The notes: a model not told the origin generated them from the letters alone. Shown: positions 39,893-49,682, counted from the whole stretch's first letter. The stretch is DNA of 61,757 nucleotides, filler included, from 4 parts of 4 records of this genome joined end to end with filler, not necessarily neighbours in it, one strand, 5' to 3'. Numbers and translations are program-made.

Positions 39893-40705
39893 TCAGGCCA
39901 CGAACTCTCGCTCCAGAGGTGCCGCGTCTTCCCGGGCGAGACCGAGGCTTCCCAGCCGCCCGAGCTCCGGCACCGTGCGGGTAATGCCGGCAAGGCGCAG
40001 CATATGCCAGGCCAGCACCTGATTGCTGCACAGGAACGGCTTGCCCGTCGCCTGCTCCGCATCGGCAATGACAGCCGACGCGCGCAGATTGGTGCAGGAG
40101 GCAAAAACGGCCTCGACCTGCGGGTCGGCCGCGACCTTTTCCGCCGCGGACAGGATGGAATGCGGGGCAATCCGGGCAACCAGATTTTCCTCTTCCCGGC
40201 CGAAAACCACGGCACGGACAAACGGTGTGCCGCTTTCGGACAGTTCGGTCTCCAGCGCGTCCGTCACCGAGCGGATATAGGGGCTGACAAGACCAAGGCG
40301 CGTCACGCCAAGGGCCGCCGCTGCCGCTTTCAGGGCGGAGAGCGGGTTGGTCACCGGCACGCCCGGATGCTCCGACTGCACAAGCTCCTGCACCCGCGTC
40401 TCGCCAAGCACCGTCGAGGCCGAGGTGCAGCCGTAACCAATGACGGAAAGCGGCGGCTCCTTCAGCAACAGGGACGCAGCGGAGGGGATATGATTCTCCA
40501 TCTGCCGCAAGGTCTCTGTCGTCACTGTGGGGGAGCTGGGGATACGCGTGTGATAGAGGGCAATGGACGGGTCCGCCGTGAAGATGCGGAAATCCTGCTC
40601 GATGGTCTCGTCCGTCTGCAGGACGATCAGCCCGAGCCGGTACGGCCACGGCATGGCGGGATCGATTTCATGCTCCTGCATGCCGCTCTCTGCATCTTGT
40701 ACCAT
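39893..40705 (-). CDS. Asp/Glu racemase / maleate cis-trans isomerase family protein
   Basis: GLIVLQTDETIE, GYGCTS, SPY, ASCTNL, SNQ; AGGGAGG RBS. Confidence 0.85.
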   Translation of the reverse strand: MVQDAESGMQEHEIDPAMPWPYRLGLIVLQTDETIEQDFRIFTADPSIALYHTRIPSSPTVTTETLRQMENHIPSAASLLLKEPPLSVIGYGCTSASTVLGETRVQELVQSEHPGVPVTNPLSALKAAAAALGVTRLGLVSPYIRSVTDALETELSESGTPFVRAVVFGREEENLVARIAPHSILSAAEKVAADPQVEAVFASCTNLRASAVIADAEQATGKPFLCSNQVLAWHMLRLAGITRTVPELGRLGSLGLAREDAAPLEREFVA

Positions 40706-40802
40706 CAAAACAGCCTCCCTCTCATCACACCAACATGGCCATACGGGCGGCTGCGATCAATCGCGCGCCTGGCAAGACAGAAATCTCAATGCACCACCGG
40801 CA

Positions 40803-40902
40803 NNNNNNNNNNNNNNNNNNNNNNNNNNNNNNNNNNNNNNNNNNNNTTAATTAATTAANNNNNNNNNNNNNNNNNNNNNNNNNNNNNNNNNNNNNNNNNN
40901 NN
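40803..40902. other. Artificial contig spacer
   Basis: N44-TTAATTAATTAA-N44. Confidence 0.98.
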
Positions 40903-41058
40903 GACTTCAATGCGTTCCTGCATTTCTCGGTGGCCGCGCTCTACTTCCTTGTGGTCTCGCTGGTGGTGTTCTTCCTGTTCGGACTGGTCTATCAGCGGTT
41001 GATGCGCCATCTGCCGGCCCAGCCGGGCCTGCGCTTTGCGCCCAAATGGATGCGCTGA
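40903..41058 (+). CDS. C-terminus of a polar amino-acid ABC permease (5' truncated, not in ORF track)
   Basis: Manual translation DFNAFLHFSVAALYFLVVSLVVFFLFGLVYQRLMRHLPAQPGLRFAPKWMR*, HisM/AotM-like last TM helix. Confidence 0.6.
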   Translation, partial: DFNAFLHFSVAALYFLVVSLVVFFLFGLVYQRLMRHLPAQPGLRFAPKWMR

Positions 41059-41072
41059 GACAAGGAACTGTC

Positions 41073-41360
41073 ATGAAGGTCATCGCCGATCTCTGCATCG
41101 TGCCGATGGGCGTGGGCCCTTCGGTGTCCGCCTATATCCGCCAAGTGCGCGAGGTTCTGGAAGCCACCGGCCTCACCCACGACATGCACGCCAATGGCAC
41201 CAATATCGAAGGCGAGATGGCTGATGTCAGCGCCGCAGTGGAGGCCTGTTGCGCGCGCCTGCATGAGATGGGCGTCGAGCGCATCTTCTGCACCATGCAT
41301 TTTTCGACCCGTATCGACAAACCCCAGACCATGGCCGACAAGCTGGCCCGTCTCGCCTGA
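41073..41360 (+). CDS. MTH1187/UPF0045 thiamine-binding family protein
   Basis: 95 aa; ADLCIVPMG, SVSAYI, HANGTNIEG, R-x-DK; AAGGA RBS. Confidence 0.88.
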   Translation: MKVIADLCIVPMGVGPSVSAYIRQVREVLEATGLTHDMHANGTNIEGEMADVSAAVEACCARLHEMGVERIFCTMHFSTRIDKPQTMADKLARLA

Positions 41361-41371
41361 AGAAACGCACC

Positions 41372-42511
41372 ATGACCTTTACCCAGCATCAGCATCAGCT
41401 TGCCGGCGATGCGCCCGGCCATTCGACCACGCTCTATTGGTACACGGTCGGGCCTGAAACGGCCGAGACCAAGATCTATCTGCAGGCCGCGTTGCACGCC
41501 GACGAACAGCCCGGCACCATGGCGCTGCACCATCTGCTGCCTATGCTGCGCGACGCCGACGCGGCCGGCACGCTCAAGGCGCGCTTCGTGGTCTTTCCCT
41601 CGGTCAATCCACTGGGTCTGGCCACCCGCGTGCTGCGCCGCCATATCGGCCGTTACGACCTGGAAACCGGCGTCAATTTCAACCGCCGCTGGCCCGATCT
41701 CTACCCGCTGATCGCCGATGCCGTCGCCGGTAAGTTCACCGACGATGCCAAAGCGAACCTGCGGACCATCCGCCAGGCCGTCGGCGCCTGGATCGACCAG
41801 CAACAACCGGCAACAGCCGCCCAGCAGCTCCGCCTGCTGATCCTGAAATCCGCCCATGATGCCGATATCATGCTCGACCTGCATTGCGACGATGAGAGCC
41901 TGAAACACATCTTCACCTCGCCCGACCTGATGCCGGGCCTGCAGGATCTGGCCGACCGCATGCAGGTGGCGGCGACACTGACCGCCGAGGACAGCGGTGG
42001 CGGCTCGTTCGACGAAGTGCTGCCCAATCTCTATCGCAAGGCCCAGCGCGCCAATCCCGATGTCCCCATTCCGATGGGTGCCGAAACCGCCACGCTGGAA
42101 TATCGCGGTCAGGCCGACACGCATGATGATCTCGGCCGCGAAGACGCCCAGGGGCTGTTCGACTTCTTTGCCGGTCGCGGCCTCGTCGGAACCATGCCGG
42201 CCCTGGCGAGCCCGGCCCCAGGCCCGACCCCGTTCGAAGCCACCGAAGTGCTGCGCGCCGACCGCCCCGGTCTTCTGGCCTATCGCGTGAAGCTCGGGGA
42301 CCGGGTCAGCAAGGGCGACGTGGTCGCCGACATCATCGCCATGGATGGGCCCGAAGCGTTCCTCGGGCGCACCCCGCTGCGGGCCGGAACCGACGGGCTT
42401 ATCCTCTCCCGCGCCAGCGCCAAATATGTTGTGGCTGGGTCTTCGGTGGCCAAGATCGTGGGCAGCGATATCCTGCCCATGCGCGCCGGTGGTTATCTGC
42501 TGGAGGACTGA
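41372..42511 (+). CDS. M14 succinylglutamate desuccinylase/aspartoacylase family hydrolase, AotO/CphZ-like
   Basis: YLQAALHADEQPG, NFNR, LDLHCD, SFDE, TLEYRG. Confidence 0.85.
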   Translation: MTFTQHQHQLAGDAPGHSTTLYWYTVGPETAETKIYLQAALHADEQPGTMALHHLLPMLRDADAAGTLKARFVVFPSVNPLGLATRVLRRHIGRYDLETGVNFNRRWPDLYPLIADAVAGKFTDDAKANLRTIRQAVGAWIDQQQPATAAQQLRLLILKSAHDADIMLDLHCDDESLKHIFTSPDLMPGLQDLADRMQVAATLTAEDSGGGSFDEVLPNLYRKAQRANPDVPIPMGAETATLEYRGQADTHDDLGREDAQGLFDFFAGRGLVGTMPALASPAPGPTPFEATEVLRADRPGLLAYRVKLGDRVSKGDVVADIIAMDGPEAFLGRTPLRAGTDGLILSRASAKYVVAGSSVAKIVGSDILPMRAGGYLLED

Positions 42512-42513
42512 CG

Positions 42514-43734
42514 CTAGGCGCGCGCCAATCCCCATTGCGCATGATCGAGCGCGGTCATCACGCCGCGCAGTTCGGCCAGGCCCTTCATGCGGCCGATCGT
42601 CGGGTAGCCCGGCTGCGAGCGGCGGCCGAGATCGTCCAGGATATCCTGACCATGGTCGGGCCGCATCGGAATTTCCCAATCGGCGCGACCTTCGGCCTTG
42701 CGGCGCCGTTCTTCGGTGAGAATGGCAGCGATCAGCGCGACCATGTCGGTGTCCCCGCCCAGATGCTCGGCCTCAAAGAAGGAGCCGACAATATCGTCAT
42801 TGTCGCGCTTGACGTTGCGCAGGTGCAGGAAGTGCACCTTGGGGCCAAAACGCTGCATCATGCCGGGCAGGTCATTGTCCGGCCGCGCGCCGAGCGAGCC
42901 GGAACACAGCGTCATGCCATTGGCAGGGCTGTCGACGGCATCGAGAATATATCTGTAGTCATCCTCGGTCGACATGATGCGCGGCAGGCCCAATAGTGCG
43001 AAGGGCGGATCGTCGGGATGGCAGCAGAGCCGCAGACCGAGATCTTCAGCCACCGGCACCACCTCCTCGAGAAAATCGATGAAATGCACCCGCAATTGCT
43101 CGCGGCTGATCGCGCCATATTCATCCAGGTGCGCCTGCACATCATCAAGCGACATGGATTCGGTCGAACCCGGCAGCCCCATGGTGACATTGCGCCCGAG
43201 CTGCTTCTTCTCATCCTCGCTCATCGCCGCATAGCGCCGCCCCGCCTCGTCGGCAATGGCATTGGTAAAATCGGCCGGAGCGCCGGGGCGTTGCAGAATA
43301 TGGATATCGAAGGCCGCAAAGTCGTTGATATCGAACCGCATGCAGGAGCCGCCATTGGGCACCGTCCAGCGCAGATCAGTACGGGTCCAGTCGAGCACCG
43401 GCATGAAATTATAGCAGATGGTCTCTATGCCGCTATCGGCCAGATGCTTCATCGAGACCTTGTAGTTGGCGATGTGCTCCCGCCAATCGCCCTTCTGCTT
43501 CTTGATGTCTTCGGTGACCGGCAGGCTTTCGACCACATCCCAGGTCAGGCCCGAAGCAGAACCGTCCCTGCGCGTAGCGATCTCACGATGACGCTTGGCG
43601 ATTTCCTCGGGCGTCCAGACCACGCCATTGGGCACGTGATGCAACGCGCTCACGACGCCAGCGGCGCCCACCTGGGTAATATCGTCAATACTGGTCAGGT
43701 CCTTGGGGCCGAACCATCGCCACGTCTGTCGCAA
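42514..43734 (-). CDS. uxuA: Mannonate dehydratase
   Basis: TWRWFGP, VESLPV, CYNFMPVLDWTRT, HPDDPP, MRPDHG; TTG start with GGAG. Confidence 0.97.
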   Translation of the reverse strand: MRQTWRWFGPKDLTSIDDITQVGAAGVVSALHHVPNGVVWTPEEIAKRHREIATRRDGSASGLTWDVVESLPVTEDIKKQKGDWREHIANYKVSMKHLADSGIETICYNFMPVLDWTRTDLRWTVPNGGSCMRFDINDFAAFDIHILQRPGAPADFTNAIADEAGRRYAAMSEDEKKQLGRNVTMGLPGSTESMSLDDVQAHLDEYGAISREQLRVHFIDFLEEVVPVAEDLGLRLCCHPDDPPFALLGLPRIMSTEDDYRYILDAVDSPANGMTLCSGSLGARPDNDLPGMMQRFGPKVHFLHLRNVKRDNDDIVGSFFEAEHLGGDTDMVALIAAILTEERRRKAEGRADWEIPMRPDHGQDILDDLGRRSQPGYPTIGRMKGLAELRGVMTALDHAQWGLARA

Positions 43735-43748
43735 GTCAAAACTCCGCT

Positions 43749-43760
43749 CTTGTATGGAAG
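43749..43760. promoter_or_regulatory. Putative FadR-family operator upstream of uxuA
   Basis: CTTGTATGGAAG, 11/12 identical to CTGGTATGGAAG at 50780-50791. Confidence 0.55.
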
Positions 43761-43794
43761 ATCCATGCCATGTTCGCACGCCCCTTGGAAGCGC

Positions 43795-44427
43795 TCACTT
43801 GCGCATATCCCGGTCATAGACGAATTTCGGCATTTCCCATTTGAAGGCCAGCGCCAGCGTCCGGATGGTGAAGCCGGTGACGATCGAAACGACAATCATC
43901 AGATCGCCCGGCAGGCCCATGCCCAGCCCGGCGAAATAGAGAATTCCGGTGATCATCGACACCGTGGCATAAAGCTCGCCCTGGAAGATCAGCGGAATGT
44001 CGTTGCACAGCACGTCGCGCAGAATACCGCCCGCCGTTCCCGTCACCATGCCGGCCACGATGACGATGATGGGATGCACACCCGCTTCGATGCCGATATT
44101 GCAGCCGATCACCGTGAACACCACCAGCCCCAGTGCATCGAGCAAGAGGAACGGCCATTTCAGCCGGTCCACCAGCCGCGCCAGGGGAATGGTCAACAAG
44201 GCGGCCCCGCACACCAGCAGCAGCACATAGGGGTTCTTGACCCAGACCAGCGGATAATGATCGAGCAGAATGTCGCGCATGGTGCCGCCGCCCAAGGCGG
44301 TGACGCAGGCGATCAGGCACACCCCGAACCAGTCCATATTGCGCCGCCCGGCCGCCAGGGCCGCTGTCATGGCCTCCACGGTGATGGCAATGTAGAAGGC
44401 GATCAGCAGCACGGCATGAGTCTCCAA
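43795..44427 (-). CDS. TRIC/UPF0126 family membrane protein
   Basis: Two repeats TALGGGTMRD and TGTAGGILRD; DALGL; ELYA. Confidence 0.9.
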   Translation of the reverse strand: METHAVLLIAFYIAITVEAMTAALAAGRRNMDWFGVCLIACVTALGGGTMRDILLDHYPLVWVKNPYVLLLVCGAALLTIPLARLVDRLKWPFLLLDALGLVVFTVIGCNIGIEAGVHPIIVIVAGMVTGTAGGILRDVLCNDIPLIFQGELYATVSMITGILYFAGLGMGLPGDLMIVVSIVTGFTIRTLALAFKWEMPKFVYDRDMRK

Positions 44428-44503
44428 ATGCGTCGAAACCGGGTTGCAGGACCCAGCTTAGGGCATCAGCATGTGCCCGTCGCCCCTGCCGAAGGCAAGC
44501 CCC

Positions 44504-45124
44504 ATGCGTCAGCCCCGTACCGTCCGCGCCCTCGAAGAATTCGGTAGAACGCGCCTCTCGCAAAGCTTCTTCATGCGCGATTTTCTCTATTCCGAGATCG
44601 CCGCCATCAACGGCTTCCAGAACCTGCCCGACAACCCGGACCTGGCCATCGCCACTGGCAAACACCTGTGCGAGGAGCTGCTCGAACCGCTTCAGCTCCG
44701 GTTTGGCCGCATCTCGGTGCGCTCGGCCTATCGCTCCCCCGAGGTCAACGGGTTCGGCAACGCCAACAAGCTCAATTGCGCCACCAATGAGAAGAACTTT
44801 GCCGGCCATATCTGGGACCGGCGCGACGCGTCGGGCCATATGGGCGCCACCGCATGCGTGATCGTCAACCGCTTCATTCCCTACTATGAGCGGACCGGCG
44901 ACTGGGAAGCCATGGCTTGGTGGATTCACGATCACTTGCCCTACTCCGCGATGGAGTTCTTTCCCAAATTCGCCGCCTTCAACCTGAACTGGCGCGAAGA
45001 CCCGATGCGTCGGATTTCCAGCATGATCCCGCCCCGACGCGGTGTCCTCACCGACCCGGGCAAGCCCAATTGGGCGGGTCAGCATACTGAGGCCTATGCA
45101 GCGATGCTTGCGGAAGTCGGCTAA
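44504..45124 (+). CDS. Hypothetical protein, peptidase M15-like N-terminal half
   Basis: RLS-x2-F-x3-DFLYS, NLPD, LCEELLEPL, SAYRSPEVN; metal-site region divergent. Confidence 0.6.
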   Translation: MRQPRTVRALEEFGRTRLSQSFFMRDFLYSEIAAINGFQNLPDNPDLAIATGKHLCEELLEPLQLRFGRISVRSAYRSPEVNGFGNANKLNCATNEKNFAGHIWDRRDASGHMGATACVIVNRFIPYYERTGDWEAMAWWIHDHLPYSAMEFFPKFAAFNLNWREDPMRRISSMIPPRRGVLTDPGKPNWAGQHTEAYAAMLAEVG

Positions 45125-45456
45125 ACGAAGTCCTGCCGCATCGGCGTGAACACGTCGACCAAGCGTCCTTTTTCCAGCGCCACGACACCATGGACGAGAC
45201 CGGATGGCACGATGAAGCTACCGCCCTGGCCGACCACTTCGGTTTTGCCGTCGATCGTCACCTCGAAGCTGCCTTCGGCGACATAGCTGACCTGGATATG
45301 CGGATGGCTGTGCGGAGCGCCGACCGCACCCTTGTCGAAGCCGAACTCGACCTGCATCAATTCAGGCGTATGGATCAAGACCCGGCGCATATTGCCGGGC
45401 GCCAGCTCGGTCCATTCGGTGGCGTCGGGTTGCGCAAAAAGCTTCTGTTCAGTCAT
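45121..45456 (-). CDS. kdgF: Cupin, KdgF-like
   Basis: HSHPH-x-Q-x-SYV, HG, DVFTPMRQDF; follows kduD. Confidence 0.8.
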   Translation of the reverse strand: MTEQKLFAQPDATEWTELAPGNMRRVLIHTPELMQVEFGFDKGAVGAPHSHPHIQVSYVAEGSFEVTIDGKTEVVGQGGSFIVPSGLVHGVVALEKGRLVDVFTPMRQDFV

Positions 45457-45460
45457 CTCA

Positions 45461-46222
45461 TCACCTCGCGAGCCAGCCGCCATCGACCGGAATAACGGCG
45501 CCGTGCATGTAGTTGGAAGCGGGCGCCAGCAGGAACACTGCCGCGTCGCCAATGTCAGATGGAACGCCCCAGCGCCCGGCGGGAATGCGGCCGAGAATGG
45601 CAGCGGACCGGTCCGGATCGTTGCGCAGGGCCTCGGTATTGTTGGTTTCGATATAGCCGGGTGCTACCGCGTTCACATTGATGCCCCTGGCCGCCCATTC
45701 ATTGGCCAGCAGCCGGGTAATGCCCAGCACCCCGCTCTTGGACGCGGTGTAGCTTGCCACCCGAATGCCGCCCTGAAAGCTCAGCATCGAGGCGATGTTG
45801 ACGATGCGCGCGTCGCGCTCCGCCTCGATGGCCTTGCGCCCCAGGGACTGGCTGAGAAAGAACATCGTCTTGAGATTGATGTCCATCACGCTGTCCCAGT
45901 CCTCCTCGGTGAAATCCACCGCATCGACGCGCTTGATGATGCCGGCATTATTGACCAGCCCATCAATCGGCCCATGCCGGTCCCAGACCGCCTCGAACAT
46001 GGCCTGAGCGTCGCTGGTTGAGCCCAGATCCGCCTGCACGGCAACCAGTTCGGCGCCGATGGAGGTCATCAGCTCCGCTGTCTCGTCCATGGTGGACCGG
46101 CCAACGCCAATCACCCGGCCACCGGCCCGGCCGATGCTGAGCGCAATGCCCTGCCCGATGCCGGTATTGGCGCCGGTGACCGTGATGGTCTTGCCTGCAA
46201 GTGAGAAGGCGCTGAGATCCAT
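45461..46222 (-). CDS. kduD: 2-dehydro-3-deoxy-D-gluconate 5-dehydrogenase
   Basis: TGANTGIG, ASMLSFQGGIRV, YTASK, IPVDGGWLAR; TGATG overlap with kduI. Confidence 0.95.
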   Translation of the reverse strand: MDLSAFSLAGKTITVTGANTGIGQGIALSIGRAGGRVIGVGRSTMDETAELMTSIGAELVAVQADLGSTSDAQAMFEAVWDRHGPIDGLVNNAGIIKRVDAVDFTEEDWDSVMDINLKTMFFLSQSLGRKAIEAERDARIVNIASMLSFQGGIRVASYTASKSGVLGITRLLANEWAARGINVNAVAPGYIETNNTEALRNDPDRSAAILGRIPAGRWGVPSDIGDAAVFLLAPASNYMHGAVIPVDGGWLAR

Positions 46223-47052
46223 CAGCGCAGATCCTCCATCGCCACCTTCTCGACGTCGGTATAGTCGACATTGTCGCCGGCCATGGCCCAGATAAAGGTG
46301 TAGGCGCCGGTGCCCGCGCCGCAATGGATCGACCAGGGTGGGGACAGGATCGCCTGTTCATTGCGCACGATCAGGTGCCGGCTTTCGTCGGGCTCGCCCA
46401 TCAGGTGCACGACGAAGGCATCGGGCTTGAGGTCGAAATAAAGATAGGCCTCCATGCGCCGGTCATGCACATGGGCCGGCATGGTGTTCCAAACCGAGCC
46501 CGGCGCGAACTGCGTCAACCCCACGACCAGCTGGCAGGTCTTGACGCTGTCGGCATTCACATACTGGAAGATCGAGCGTTCATTGGCTGTTTCATTGCTG
46601 CCCAGATCGAGCCGCTTGGCGCCCGATTTCTGCAGCAGCGTCGTGGGATGGCTGGCATGGGCCGGGGCGCTGAGGAGATAGAACTTGGCCCCCTCGCCGG
46701 CAAAGCGCACATCCCTGGCGCCCATGCCGACATAGAGCATGTCGCGCGGCCCCACCGCATGATCGGTGCCATCGACCGAGATCGTGCCGGCTTCGCCGAT
46801 ATTGACGGCGATCAGCTCGCGCCGGTCGAGGAAATTGGCCGTGCCGGTCGGCTTGATCGCTTCGAGCGCCAACGCACCGCCATTGGGCACGGCCCCGCCA
46901 ACCGCCATGCGGTCATAATGGGTATAGGTCCAGCGCACTTCGCCGGCGGCAAACAGATCGTCGATTAGGAAGTTCTCGCGCAGCTCATCGGTCCCCATGG
47001 CCGCTGCCGTGGAGGGGTCGATGGCAAAGCGAATGTCGAAATCGGTGCTCAT
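46222..47052 (-). CDS. kduI: 5-dehydro-4-deoxy-D-glucuronate isomerase
   Basis: YTHYDR, FLDRRE, WNTMPAHVHDRRMEAYLYF, SPPWSIH. Confidence 0.96.
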   Translation of the reverse strand: MSTDFDIRFAIDPSTAAAMGTDELRENFLIDDLFAAGEVRWTYTHYDRMAVGGAVPNGGALALEAIKPTGTANFLDRRELIAVNIGEAGTISVDGTDHAVGPRDMLYVGMGARDVRFAGEGAKFYLLSAPAHASHPTTLLQKSGAKRLDLGSNETANERSIFQYVNADSVKTCQLVVGLTQFAPGSVWNTMPAHVHDRRMEAYLYFDLKPDAFVVHLMGEPDESRHLIVRNEQAILSPPWSIHCGAGTGAYTFIWAMAGDNVDYTDVEKVAMEDLR

Positions 47053-47055
47053 GGT

Positions 47056-47802
47056 CTAGTCCTGTTTGCTGGTGCCTTGTTCAGCCAGGCGGGCACGATA
47101 GCGGTCCTGGCTACGCGAGAGATGATCCCGCATCACCTCGCGCGCGCCATCGGCGTCGCGGGCGGAGATCGCATCGAGAATGCGGCGATGCTCTTCGTGC
47201 AGGCCGACCTGATATTCATAGGTCAGCACGCTCTCCGTGCCCCAGGGCGAAGCCACATCGCATGGAATGGTGCGGCTGCCCAGGGCATCGAGCACCTCGA
47301 GATAGAAGGGGTTATTGGTCGCCGCCGCAATGGCGCGGTGAAAGGCAAAATCGGTCTTGCCGGTCGGATTGCCCTCGGCCAGCAGCCGCCCGAACTCATT
47401 CCAGGCCTCCTGGATGGCCGCCACCTGGCTGGTGCTGTGGCGCTGTGCGGCAAGGCCGGCGGACTCGATCTCGATGCCCATGCGCACTTCGAGCACGTTG
47501 AGCGCCACCGAAATCTTGTTCGAACGTTCGCCCGCAATGGCGCTGAAGGCCGAGCTGGCCTGCGCCATGACAAACACACCGGCGCCCTGGCGGGGCTGTA
47601 CCATGCCGTCGGCGGCCAGCGCGGCGATTGCCTCGCGCACCACGGTCCGGCTGACCCCGAAATGGGTGGTCAACTGGCTTTCGGTCGGCAGCTTTTCCCC
47701 GGGTCCGAACTCGCCGGCGCCGATGCGCTTGCGCAGCGCATCGACCACCATCTGGGCCAGCTTGGGCTTGCGGGCGGGTACGGATACTTCAATCAAGGCC
47801 AT
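47056..47802 (-). CDS. FadR/GntR-family transcriptional regulator
   Basis: KLPTE, FGVSRTVVREA, GAGVFV; FCD domain (DFAFH, EHRRI). Confidence 0.93.
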   Translation of the reverse strand: MALIEVSVPARKPKLAQMVVDALRKRIGAGEFGPGEKLPTESQLTTHFGVSRTVVREAIAALAADGMVQPRQGAGVFVMAQASSAFSAIAGERSNKISVALNVLEVRMGIEIESAGLAAQRHSTSQVAAIQEAWNEFGRLLAEGNPTGKTDFAFHRAIAAATNNPFYLEVLDALGSRTIPCDVASPWGTESVLTYEYQVGLHEEHRRILDAISARDADGAREVMRDHLSRSQDRYRARLAEQGTSKQD

Positions 47803-47806
47803 CAGA

Positions 47807-49087
47807 TCACCGGAACAGGCTGGGCAGCCACAAGGACAGCGCCGGAATATAGGTCACGAGCCCCAGCACGATGATGCCCGCAATGTAGAATGGCCAGACG
47901 CTGCGCATGGCGGCCCAGATCGAAATCTTGCCAACCGCCGCCGCCACGAATTGCACCGGACCCAGGGGCGGCGTGTTGAGCCCGATCCCCAGATTGAGGA
48001 TCATGATGACACCGAAATGCACCGGATCAACACCGAAGCTGGACACCATAGGCAGGAAGATCGGCGTAGTGATGATGATCAGCGGCCCCATATCCATGAA
48101 GGTACCGAGCAGCAGTAGCAGCACATTGATCAGCAACAGCACCATCAAGGGGTCGCTGGTGAGCTGCGTCACCATCTCGGTCAACATCGGCGCCACGCGC
48201 ATATAGGCCATCAGCCAACCGAAGGACGCTGCTGCGCCGATAATGAACAAGACCATGGCGGTCGTCCGCACGGCGCCGATGACGCAGTGAACAAAGTTCG
48301 ACCAATTCATCGAGCGATAGACCAGCAGGGTGACCAGCAAAGCGTAGATGACGGCAATGCAGGAGCTTTCCGTGGCCGTGAAAATACCGGAACGCACACC
48401 ACCAAAGATGATCGCGATCAGCATCAGGCCCGGTATGGAGATCACGAAAAACTGCGCGGCCTTCGCAAAGCCGGGGAACGGCTCGGTGGGATAGCCACGC
48501 CTGCGTGCCACGATATAGGCGGTGATCATCAATGCCAGCGCGAGCAACAGGCCCGGAATGATCCCGGCGGTGAACAGGTCGGCAATGGAAATGCGTCCGC
48601 CGCCCGAAAGCGAATAGATGATCATGTTGTGGCTCGGCGGCAGCAACAGCGCGATCAGCGCCGCCATCGAGGTGACGTTGACGGCATAGTCGGCCCCATA
48701 GCCGCGCTCTTTCATCTGCGGGATCATGATCCCGCCCACCGCGGCCGCCTCGGCCACAGCCGAGCCCGAAATGCCCCCGAACAGGGTCGAGGCAACAATA
48801 TTGACCTGCCCCAGGCCGCCGCGGACATGCCCGATGATGGAGCCGGCAAACGCGATGATGCGCGCGGCAATGCCGCCCCGCATCATCAGGTCTCCGGCAA
48901 AGATGAAGAAGGGAATAGCCATCAGCGTAAAGGCTGACACACCCGAATTGAGCTGCTGGAAGACCACCACCGGCGGGCGCCCGAGATAGATGATCGTGGC
49001 GAGGCTGGCGATGCCAAGGCAGAAGGCGATGGGCGTGCCGACAAACATCAGGCCGCCGAAGACACCGAATAAGACCCAGTATTCCAT
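47807..49087 (-). CDS. TRAP transporter large permease DctM
   Basis: AIPFFI, GISGSAVA, PPS, FTATE, DPVHFG, TPP. Confidence 0.95.
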   Translation of the reverse strand: MEYWVLFGVFGGLMFVGTPIAFCLGIASLATIIYLGRPPVVVFQQLNSGVSAFTLMAIPFFIFAGDLMMRGGIAARIIAFAGSIIGHVRGGLGQVNIVASTLFGGISGSAVAEAAAVGGIMIPQMKERGYGADYAVNVTSMAALIALLLPPSHNMIIYSLSGGGRISIADLFTAGIIPGLLLALALMITAYIVARRRGYPTEPFPGFAKAAQFFVISIPGLMLIAIIFGGVRSGIFTATESSCIAVIYALLVTLLVYRSMNWSNFVHCVIGAVRTTAMVLFIIGAAASFGWLMAYMRVAPMLTEMVTQLTSDPLMVLLLINVLLLLLGTFMDMGPLIIITTPIFLPMVSSFGVDPVHFGVIMILNLGIGLNTPPLGPVQFVAAAVGKISIWAAMRSVWPFYIAGIIVLGLVTYIPALSLWLPSLFR

Positions 49088-49092
49088 CGTAA

Positions 49093-49620
49093 TCAGACCT
49101 CGGAAATGGCGCGTTCAGTGGTTTCGGCATCAACCGGTTCGCCGGCCAGGCGCAGGGCCATGCGCTCCAGGACGAACAGGCATATCAGCGCGCCTGAAAC
49201 CACGATGGGCAGATAGGTGATGGTCTGGGGCATGCCCAGGACCGGGATGCGCACGCTGGCGCCGCGGATGGCCAGTTCGCCCCCAAACCAGACCATGCCG
49301 AAACCGAACCCGAATATGGCGACATCACTGATGCTGCGCAGCCAGGGCCGGGCGCTTTCTGGCAGGGCATAGAGCAGCACATCGAAGCCCATGTGAAATT
49401 TTTCACGCACCCCGACCGCCGCGCCAAGAAAGATGAACCAGCTCATGATCTGGATCGACGCCGCCTCGGTCCATGACGGCGACGAGTTGATCACGTAGCG
49501 CATGAAGACCTGGTAGGCGACGAGTGACGTCATGGCGACGAGGCCCACACCAGCGAGCCACAAGGCGGCAGTCGAAATCGCGCCGAACGCGCGGCTGGCT
49601 GCCAGGAGGCCGTTCTTCAT
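49093..49620 (-). CDS. TRAP transporter small permease DctQ
   Basis: QVFMRYV, SWTE, FLGAAVGVR-x2-HM; start MKNGLL. Confidence 0.92.
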   Translation of the reverse strand: MKNGLLAASRAFGAISTAALWLAGVGLVAMTSLVAYQVFMRYVINSSPSWTEAASIQIMSWFIFLGAAVGVREKFHMGFDVLLYALPESARPWLRSISDVAIFGFGFGMVWFGGELAIRGASVRIPVLGMPQTITYLPIVVSGALICLFVLERMALRLAGEPVDAETTERAISEV

Positions 49621-49682
49621 CGGCTCAATCTCCCAAGAAACTTGGCGCCGGGCCGGCATGATAGCCGGCCCGGCAGGATGCA

